Shown here in pieces: positions 56,905 to 64,000 of a DNA stretch of 64,000 nt (position 1 is its first letter; each line of letters opens with the position of its first letter). Location of the stretch: positions 17,885 to 81,884 of the forward strand of contig JAUIEZ010000003.1 in assembly GCA_030429665.1 (NCBI GenBank), read 5' to 3'. The notes below the pieces were generated by a model. It worked only from the letters and a program-made list of their open reading frames with translations, was not told where the DNA came from and did not search any database. Origin of the DNA: Gammaproteobacteria bacterium. GTDB taxonomy: Bacteria > Pseudomonadota > Gammaproteobacteria > Arenicellales > CAJQKF01. Made by a program: the position numbers and the translations under genes.

Positions 56905-57734
56905 ACGACGTCGGCCACCACCGTCCCGGCACGTTCGACAACCTCGTCGAGACGCGGTTCGGGGCGCTCGACAATCATCCCGTCTACGATGCCGTGCGCG
57001 GTCTAAAGGACCTGCGCTGCTTCATGGAACATCACGTGTACTCGGTCTGGGACTTCATGTCGCTGATCAAGCACCTGCAGCGGCACGTGGCACCGGCGAC
57101 CGTGCCCTGGGCGCCAAGCGGCGACGCGAGCGCGCGCCGCTTCATCAACGAGCTGGTGCTGGAGGAGGAATCCGACCAGGCCTGGCCGGGCGGCGAGCCC
57201 GGCGGCTTCGCCAGCCACTTCGAGTTATACCTCGAGGCCATGCGCGAGATCGGCGCCGACCCGTCGCGCTGTCTTGCCTTCGTCGAGCGCGTCGCGTCGC
57301 ACGGTATCGACCGTGCGTTGAGCGAGGCGGACATGCCGGCGGCATCCCGCCGATTCACGAAACGCACTTTCGAATTCATCAACGCGAACGGCCCGCATGT
57401 TGCCGCCGCCGCCCTCGCGTTCGGCCGCGAGCACATCATCCCGGTGCTGTTCCGGGCCATCCTGGGGCGGTTCGGCGTCGGCGAAAACGACGCGCCGGTG
57501 TTCCACTACTACCTGAAGCGGCACGTTCATCTCGACGAGGATTTTCACGCACCGCTGTCGCTTCGACTCGTGGAGGCGCTGTGCGAAGGCGATGCCGGGC
57601 GCGAAGCCGAGGCAAAGGCGGCCGCACACGCCGCCATCGACGCGCGGCTCGACTTCTGGAACGGCGTGCACGATGCCATCGCCGCCGGTGCGCGGGACCG
57701 GCCCGGGTGGCGGAATACCGGGAGAGGACGATAG
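56901..57734 (+). CDS. DUF3050-like (heme-oxygenase-like fold) protein
   Basis: GTG 56901 overlaps the upstream TGA. LRCFMEHHVYSVWDFMSLIKHLQ...HFELYLEAM...GREHIIP pattern, which I associate with DUF3050. Confidence 0.6.
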   Translation: MNDVGHHRPGTFDNLVETRFGALDNHPVYDAVRGLKDLRCFMEHHVYSVWDFMSLIKHLQRHVAPATVPWAPSGDASARRFINELVLEEESDQAWPGGEPGGFASHFELYLEAMREIGADPSRCLAFVERVASHGIDRALSEADMPAASRRFTKRTFEFINANGPHVAAAALAFGREHIIPVLFRAILGRFGVGENDAPVFHYYLKRHVHLDEDFHAPLSLRLVEALCEGDAGREAEAKAAAHAAIDARLDFWNGVHDAIAAGARDRPGWRNTGRGR

Positions 57735-57755
57735 CGGACCGGGTTGCCCCGGCGG

Positions 57756-58265
57756 TCAGTCAATGGTTTCCAGCATCCCCGGCAAGTAGGACAAGTCGGT
57801 GACGCCGATGTCCCGGCCGGCCTGCCACAGCAGCGTCGACACCTGGCCGCGATGATGGGTCTGGTGATTGAAGAAATGCGACACGACAAACCAGAACGGG
57901 CCGCGGCGGCGCACGGCGTTGGTGGTGCCGGTGAATTCGAAGTCGCCGGCCAGTGCGTGGTCGTCCAACGTCGCGGCCCAGTCGATGATCTCGATATCGA
58001 GGCGCTCTCGCTCGGCGCGCAACTCGTCGAAGTCGGCGAATAGCTCCTGGTCGAGACGCGTGATGCCGGCATCGCCGCCGGTGAATCGATCCATCCATAT
58101 CCGGTCGCCGACCATCAGGTGGTTGAGAGTGCCGTGAATCGAGGCAAAAAACGCACCGCGATCCAGCCTGCGCCCGGTATCGTCGAGCGTGGCCGCGGCC
58201 GCGTAGACCTTCTCGTTCATCCATTGGTTGTAGCGGGCCATGCCCCGCGCCTGTGCCGAGTTCAT
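57756..58265 (-). CDS. DinB-family metal-dependent protein
   Basis: Start re-set to ATG 58265: MNSAQARGMARYNQWMNEKV...HLMVGDRIW...FFNHQTHHRGQV. Confidence 0.75.
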   Translation of the reverse strand: MNSAQARGMARYNQWMNEKVYAAAATLDDTGRRLDRGAFFASIHGTLNHLMVGDRIWMDRFTGGDAGITRLDQELFADFDELRAERERLDIEIIDWAATLDDHALAGDFEFTGTTNAVRRRGPFWFVVSHFFNHQTHHRGQVSTLLWQAGRDIGVTDLSYLPGMLETID

Positions 58266-58373
58266 GCCGTCGTACTCCACCCTTTCACATCGAATGCGTG
58301 GATCTTGTGGGTCCCGGGATTTGGGCGTACAGTCTGCGCGCCCCGCCACCCTCCACCTCCGGGTGCCTGTTCA

Positions 58374-59111
58374 ATGCGCGACGCGCTGGCTTTCAACATC
58401 CACCCGCAGCCGGATGATACGACCTGCGGCCCGACGTGCCTACACGCGGTGTACCGCTACTATGGCTTGCAGATCGACCTCGCCCGGCTGATCGAGCAGA
58501 CCCGCACCTTGAACGCCGGCGGCACGCTGGCCGCGTATCTCGGCAGCCACGCCCTGGAACAGGGCTTCCAGGCGACCATCTACACCTACGATCTCAACGT
58601 ATTCGACCCGACCTGGTTCGCCGATGCGGACGGGTCGATGGTGGAACGGCTGAAGCGGCAATTGAAGTTCAAGAAGGACGCCAAGCTGCGCGAGGCGAGC
58701 GAGGGGTACATCGACTTTCTCGACAGGGGCGGCACGCTCAGGCTGGAGGATCTCACCGCCTCGCTGATCCGCCGCTATCTCAAGCGCGGGATACCCATCC
58801 TCACCGGCCTGTCCGCCACGTACCTCTACCGCACCGCGCGCGAGTACGGGCCGAACGACGACTTCGACGACATCCGCGGCAAAGCGTCCGGGCATTTCGT
58901 GGTGATGCACGGCTACGACCCGGAGCGACGCGAGGTGCGCATCGCCGATCCGACCAGGCCCGGACCGATTCTCGATGAGCAGGTTTACCACGTGTCCATC
59001 TACCGCGTGATCTGCGCGGTGATGCTTGGCGTATTGACCTACGACGCCAACCTGCTGATGATCGAACCGCGCCGCGGCCGGAGGGGCGATGGCCACCCTG
59101 ATCGTCGTTGA
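58374..59111 (+). CDS. Papain-fold (C39-like) cysteine peptidase/amidase-like protein
   Basis: Start re-set to ATG 58374. N-terminal PDDTTCGPTCLHAVYRYYG (nucleophile Cys context) and later SGHFVVMHGYD (His). First gene of a coupled trio. Confidence 0.55.
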   Translation: MRDALAFNIHPQPDDTTCGPTCLHAVYRYYGLQIDLARLIEQTRTLNAGGTLAAYLGSHALEQGFQATIYTYDLNVFDPTWFADADGSMVERLKRQLKFKKDAKLREASEGYIDFLDRGGTLRLEDLTASLIRRYLKRGIPILTGLSATYLYRTAREYGPNDDFDDIRGKASGHFVVMHGYDPERREVRIADPTRPGPILDEQVYHVSIYRVICAVMLGVLTYDANLLMIEPRRGRRGDGHPDRR

Positions 59112-60552
59112 CCGGCCCGATGAGTGGCCGCTCGACATCGCCGGCGTCGAAGTGGTCGCCGCCCGCGACTACCTGACCTCCACCGCCTACAGCACGCTTC
59201 GCAACACGCGCATATTCAACCTCTGCCGCTCGTACCGCTACCAGAGCGCCGGCTACTACGTCTCGCTGCTGGGCGAGGCGCGAGGTCATCGACCGATGCC
59301 CAGCGTGAGCACGCTGCGCGATCTTCGCTCGCCGGCCATCATCCGTATTGCCTCCGATGACCTTGCCAGGCTGATCAAGCGGGTCTTCGCGCCGCTTCGC
59401 TCCGACGATTTCACCTTGAGCATCTACTTCGGTCGCAACATGGCGGCGCGCTACCAGTCGCTGTGCACGCGACTGTTCAACCAGTTCCAGACGCCGCTCT
59501 TGCGCGTGCAGTTCCACTACCAGGGCGATGAGTGGCAAATACGCTCGGTGCAGGCGATCGCCGCCCGCGACGTGCCGGCGGCGCATCACGCATTCGTCAT
59601 CGAATCCGCGGCGCTCTACTTCAGCGCGCGGCAACGTGCCAAGCGCGTGAGGAACTACCGCTACGACCTCGCCATCCTTCACGAACCCGGTGAAACGAGC
59701 GCACCGTCCAATGCCCGCGCACTGGAGCGCTTCATCCAGGCGGCGGCCCGCCTCGGCATCGCGGCGCGACTGATCACCCAGGACGACTACGCCCGCCTCG
59801 GCGAATTCGACGCGCTGTTCATTCGTGCCACCACCCGCGTAAACCACTACACCTACCGCTTCGCCCGACGCGCCGACGCCCTGGGTCTGGTGGTGCTGGA
59901 CACTCCGGGCGACATCATCCGCTGTTCGAACAAGGTCTACCTGGCGGAGCGTCTCACCCGCCACCACGTCGCCACGCCGAAGACCATGGTGGTGCACAGC
60001 GGCAACCGCCACGAGGTGGCCGACACCCTTGGCCTGCCCTGCGTGCTAAAGCAACCCGACAGTGCTTTTTCCCAGGGTGTGCACAAGGTGGATTCACCGG
60101 CCGAGCTCGAGGAGATGCTCGAGCGCCTGTTCGGCCTGTCGGACCTGGTGGTCGCCCAGTCGTTCCTGCCCACCGACTTCGACTGGCGCATCGGCATCCT
60201 GGACGGCGAACCCCTGTTCGCCTGCCGCTACTACATGGCCAAGCGCCACTGGCAGATCGTGCACCGCAAGGGCGGACGCGTCATCGAAGGCAATGCGGAC
60301 ACCCTGGCCGTGGAGGACGCCCCGCCGAAGGTAATCCGCACCGCGCTGCGCGCCACCCGGCTGATCGGGCGCGGCCTTTACGGGGTGGACATGAAGCAGT
60401 CCCGCGACCGTTGCTACATCATCGAGATCAACGACAATCCGAACATCGACGCCGGCGTCGAAGATTCGGTGCTGCGCGGCGAATTGTATACTCGCGTGAT
60501 GCGCTACTTCCTGGAGGCGATCGAAAAGCGCAAGGCGGCACGATCGACATGA
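59089..60552 (+). CDS. RimK-type ATP-grasp ligase with N-terminal RLAN-like domain
   Basis: GGAGGGG RBS. The N-terminal ~150 aa (IFNLCRSYRYQSAGYYVSLLGEARGH) resembles the RimK-like ATP-grasp N-terminal module. C-terminal ATP-grasp (VLKQPDSAFSQGV...YGVDMK...IIEINDNP). Confidence 0.8.
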   Translation: MATLIVVDRPDEWPLDIAGVEVVAARDYLTSTAYSTLRNTRIFNLCRSYRYQSAGYYVSLLGEARGHRPMPSVSTLRDLRSPAIIRIASDDLARLIKRVFAPLRSDDFTLSIYFGRNMAARYQSLCTRLFNQFQTPLLRVQFHYQGDEWQIRSVQAIAARDVPAAHHAFVIESAALYFSARQRAKRVRNYRYDLAILHEPGETSAPSNARALERFIQAAARLGIAARLITQDDYARLGEFDALFIRATTRVNHYTYRFARRADALGLVVLDTPGDIIRCSNKVYLAERLTRHHVATPKTMVVHSGNRHEVADTLGLPCVLKQPDSAFSQGVHKVDSPAELEEMLERLFGLSDLVVAQSFLPTDFDWRIGILDGEPLFACRYYMAKRHWQIVHRKGGRVIEGNADTLAVEDAPPKVIRTALRATRLIGRGLYGVDMKQSRDRCYIIEINDNPNIDAGVEDSVLRGELYTRVMRYFLEAIEKRKAARST

Positions 60553-61802
60553 GCACCGCGCTGCACCTGTTCGAGGGGTACGGCATCGAGATCGAGTACA
60601 TGATCGTCGAACGCGATTCCCTCGACGTCCTCGCCCTCGCCGACCAGGTCATCCGCAAGGCCGCGGGCGGGTTCGTCAACGAGGTGGAACGAGGCGCGCT
60701 GGCCTGGTCAAACGAGCTTGCCCTGCACGTCATCGAGATGAAGACCAACGGGCCCGCACCCTCGCTCGGCCCGCTGCCCGCCCTGTTCCAGGCGGGCGTA
60801 GCCGATATCGACGCGATTCTCGCCGAGTTCGGCGGCCGGCTGATGCCGGGCGCGATGCACCCGTGGATGAACCCGGATACCGAGACGCGGCTGTGGCCCC
60901 ACGAGTACAACCCCATCTACGAGTCCTACAACCGCATCTTCGACTGCCGCGGCCACGGCTGGTCCAACCTGCAAAGCATGCACGTCAATTTGCCGTTCAA
61001 CGGCGACGACGAGTTCGTACGGTTGCACGATGCGATTCGCGCGGCGCTGCCGGTACTGCCGATGCTGGCGGCGAGCTCCCCCTTCGCCGACGGCCGAAGC
61101 CAGGGCCTGAGGGATTTCCGCATGCACGTCTACCGCGGCAACGCCGCGCGCATTCCGTCTATCGCGGGCGCCATCGTGCCGGAGCCCGTCCGTTCCCGGG
61201 CGCAGTACCACGAGAAGATCCTTGCTCCCATGTATGCCGACATCGCGCCCCACGACGCCGACGGCATTCTCCAGGAGGAGTGGTTGAACTCGCGCGGCGC
61301 GATTGCACGTTTCGATCGCGACGCCATCGAGATACGCGTGCTCGACACCCAGGAGAATCCACGCGCCGATCTCGCGGTCGCCGCCGCGGTGGTCGGACTG
61401 GTCCGCGAACTCGCCGAAGGGCGGGCGGGGGATCTCGACGCCCTGGCGTCGGTCGGCACGGAACGTCTCGCTCGCGTGTTCGATCAAGCGGTCGAGCACG
61501 CGGAACTCGCGGTCGTCGACGACCGCGACTATCTCGCCGTGCTCGGGCTGGAAAGCGCCGGGTCACTGAACGGGCGCGATTTGTGGTCCAGGCTCGTCGA
61601 GCGCGCGCCGCCGGCCGAGGCGCACCTGCACGCGCCGCTCGAGCACATCCTGTCGAGCGGCACTTTGTCCTCCAGGCTGCTGCGCGCCGCCGGCGACTTG
61701 CCGAACCCGGACCGCCTGCGGGGCGTTTACCGCGTGCTTTGCGATTGCCTGGCAGCCGGCGAACCGTTCGATGCGGAAAACCGGGGCGTCGCCGGGCGGT
61801 AA
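60549..61802 (+). CDS. Glutamate-cysteine ligase family 2 (YbdK-like carboxylate-amine ligase)
   Basis: ATG 60549 overlaps the upstream stop (ATGA). GIEIEYMIV...HVIEMKTN...GWSNLQSMHVNLPF...IRVLDTQE motifs of GCS2. Confidence 0.75.
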   Translation: MSTALHLFEGYGIEIEYMIVERDSLDVLALADQVIRKAAGGFVNEVERGALAWSNELALHVIEMKTNGPAPSLGPLPALFQAGVADIDAILAEFGGRLMPGAMHPWMNPDTETRLWPHEYNPIYESYNRIFDCRGHGWSNLQSMHVNLPFNGDDEFVRLHDAIRAALPVLPMLAASSPFADGRSQGLRDFRMHVYRGNAARIPSIAGAIVPEPVRSRAQYHEKILAPMYADIAPHDADGILQEEWLNSRGAIARFDRDAIEIRVLDTQENPRADLAVAAAVVGLVRELAEGRAGDLDALASVGTERLARVFDQAVEHAELAVVDDRDYLAVLGLESAGSLNGRDLWSRLVERAPPAEAHLHAPLEHILSSGTLSSRLLRAAGDLPNPDRLRGVYRVLCDCLAAGEPFDAENRGVAGR

Positions 61803-62151
61803 ATCAGTCGCTTCCGTCAAGGCGGTCCATCGGCACCTTCAAGTTTGCGCGCGCCGCGTCGATACTCTATTACTGGCCAATCCATCTGTCTTTTCGGGAA
61901 ATTCGGGTGTCCTTTTCCGTCTCCTGTTCCCCAAAAATCCAGCGTAGTAGCCGCCTTGCCTCGCCGGGTCGCGGCACGGCGCCCGGGCGAATCCTGCGCG
62001 GCGCCCGCGCGAGGCGGCACGGGTATCGTCGGGGGTTCGCCTTGCGTCGAGCGATACGCGCTGGTATTTACGGAACGGGAAACTAGACCGTCGCGGAATT
62101 CGTCTTTTGTGGGCAAGGCAATCCAAGTTCAAGCAACCAGAGCCATCCCCC

Positions 62152-64000
62152 GTGGATGATGCCGAATCGCGACGCTCCCGCGTGGCGTCGACGCGTCCCG
62201 CCGAATCGGAGGAGCCGGGCGTCAGGACGAGCGAGGGCACCTTTCGCTCGGCCATGCAGTACTCGCCCATCGGCATGGCGCTGGTCGCCCCGGACGGCAC
62301 CTTTCTCGAGGTCAACGAGGCGCTGTGCAAGATCGTCGGCTATTCCCGCGAGGAACTCCTTCGGGGCACGTTCCAGGACATCACGCATCCGGACGACCTC
62401 GAAACCGACCTGACGTTCGTCCACCAGGTACTCGATGGACACATCGAGACCTACCAGATGGACAAGCGCTACCTGCACAAGAACGGCGGCCTCGTTTGGA
62501 TCCAGCTCAACGTCTCGCTGGTCCGCCGAGCGGACGGCTCGCCGGATTATTTCGTCTCGCAAATCCAGGACATCACGGCGCGCAAACTGGTCGAGCAGGT
62601 GATCGAGATCGTTTCGACCAAGTTGCTGTTTCTCGACGGACCCGAGTTCTACACGGCCGTCGTCCGGGATCTTTCGAGGGTGCTGGGCGCCGAGATCGCG
62701 TTCGTCGCACGTATCAATCAGGACCAGCCCGACACGTTGCACACCATTGCGCTGATCGAGGACGGCGAACTGGTGGAGAACATCAGCCACCCGATTCCCG
62801 GCACGCCCTGCGCGAAAGTCGTCGACGGCACTCACTACATCGTCGCCGACAATGCGCAGGCCCTGTACCCTTCGGATACCTACCTCGTCGAGAAACGCAT
62901 CCGCGCCTACGCCGCCACGCCGCTGATCGGACCCGACGGACGCGTGTTCGGACACCTTGGAGCACTCAAGCGCGAACCGTTCACCAATAGCGAGGCAATC
63001 GCCCAGACCCTGAACAGTTTCGGCCTCGCGGTTTCCTCGCAGATGATGCGCGACAGCAATCGGCGCCAGTACCGGGACCTGTTCGAACTCGCGCCCGACG
63101 GGCTGTTGATCACCAATCGCCGGGGCGACATCATCGAGGCCAACCAGCAGGCGCAGGCGTTGTTCGGCCGACCCCGGGACAGCTTGTGCCGTCACAATGT
63201 TCGCGCGCTCCTGCCGCTTACCGGGGACGACGCGAGCGATCCCTGGGGCGGTTTCCTGCAGTCGACGCGGCCGCGACACCCATCGATGGTCAGTAGCGGC
63301 TTTAACGCCCGGCGTCCGGACGGTTCGACGCGACCGGTGGACATCAACCTGAACCCGATCGAGACCGACGAGGGTGCGATGCTGGTGATATCGATTCGGG
63401 ATATCGCCGAGCGGCTGGAGAGTCAGCGCGCCCTGCGCCTGCGCGACCGGGCGATAGACGCCGCGGGCGTGGGCATGATGATCCTCGCATCGGGTCGCGA
63501 CAACCTGCGAATTCTCGACATTAACCACGCGTTCGAGGTGATCACCGGCTTCGCGCGCGACGAGGTCGTCGGGCGGGGGCTCTTCGACGTGCTCGCCAGG
63601 CTGGAAGCGGGACGGGATGTCGAGAAGATTCGCACGTCGATCAGCCAGGGAAAGCCCGGCTTCGCCATGCTCAAGTGCCATCGCAAGAGCGGCGCGCCGT
63701 TCTGGAGCGAGATCGGCATTTCGCCGGTCGCGGGCGAGGACGGCACGGAGATCAAGTTCGTCGGCATCATCAACGACGTGACGGACCGCGTCGATACCGA
63801 GCAGAAACTGCGAATCATGGCGGACGCGCTGCCGGTGCTGCTGGTTTATTTCGACAAGGACAACCGCTACCGCATGGTCAACCGGACCGCCGAGCAGTGG
63901 CTCGCGCGACCGGCAAGCGACATCATCGGTACGACCGCGGACGCGGTGGTGCTCCCCGAGCACATCAACGATTACCGGAAGCGAACCGCGAATGCGCCGA
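62152..64000 (+). CDS. Multi-domain PAS-GAF-PAS-PAS(-PAS...) sensor protein, 5' part; continues beyond the right edge
   Basis: Own translation of the frame containing ATG 62254: ...[51 protein letters not shown] (PAS), then GAF-like (...[21 protein letters not shown]), then further PAS units ([37 protein letters not shown]...[14 protein letters not shown]). The frame opens after the stop at 61948..61950. Candidate starts are TTG 62107, GTG 62152, GTG 62182 and ATG 62254, and the choice is uncertain. Missing from the ORF track because it has no stop inside the window. Confidence 0.75.
   Translation, partial: [616 protein letters not shown]

Noticed and set aside
62083-63963. 626-aa minus-strand ORF at the right end
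   Set aside because: It is antisense to a plus-strand frame with repeated, clearly recognisable PAS and GAF units, and the minus-strand translation has no motifs. It is a shadow ORF.

Overview
High-GC (roughly two-thirds G+C by eye) proteobacterial chromosomal DNA, almost fully coding on both strands. I recognise no rRNA, tRNA, CRISPR array, transposase, integrase or phage gene. All family calls come from reading motifs in the translations, because no database search was possible. The ORF track takes the longest ATG/GTG/TTG extension, so I re-derived many starts. It also omits ORFs open at the window edges, and two real genes were missing for that reason. Layout: (1) 1-3.4 kb, minus strand: heme O synthase (partial) and a B-family (ba3-like) heme-copper oxidase operon, including an untracked 56-codon membrane micro-ORF. 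(2) 3.4-13.0 kb, minus: an unknown exported protein plus a complete cd1 nitrite reductase / heme d1 cluster, nirS-nirE-nirC-nirF-nirD-nirL-nirGH(fused)-nirJ-nirN. (3) 13.1-15.7 kb: an nnrU operon with a PEAMT-like methyltransferase and an unknown protein, and a divergent DUF364-like gene. (4) 15.7-35.4 kb: assorted genes (PQQ sugar dehydrogenase, thioredoxin-fold and PhnD-like pair, TetR-MFP-RND efflux, PstS-like, GST-GMC-FAD-methyltransferase string, SYLF, SGNH/AlgJ-like, PrpD-like, speED). (5) 35.9-40.4 kb: a PNPOx-like::UbiA prenyltransferase fusion, an unknown protein and an MMPL/RND exporter. (6) 43.5-47.7 kb: glnA-ntrB-ntrC with a sigma-54 promoter and NtrC palindromes. (7) 47.7-53.2 kb: TusA-like plus PP-loop ATPase, split Fe-S hydro-lyase, and a nitroreductase/PaaI/hydrolase trio. 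(8) 53.4-57.7 kb: ankyrin protein, a 1007-aa kinase|M23|aminotransferase protein and a DUF3050-like gene. (9) 58.4-61.8 kb: thiol-peptidase-like, RLAN-ATP-grasp and GCS2 amidoligase operon. (10) 62.15 kb to the right edge: a multi-PAS/GAF sensor (partial). A recurring TTGAY-N4-GTCAA (FNR/DNR-type) box sits upstream of nirS, of the ba3-like oxidase operon and of the thioredoxin-fold/PhnD-like pair. The candidates most worth a second look as uncharacterised systems are the amidoligase/peptidase operon, the ankyrin/tri-domain/DUF3050 string and the prenyltransferase-fusion/exporter module. None of them is demonstrably novel from sequence alone.
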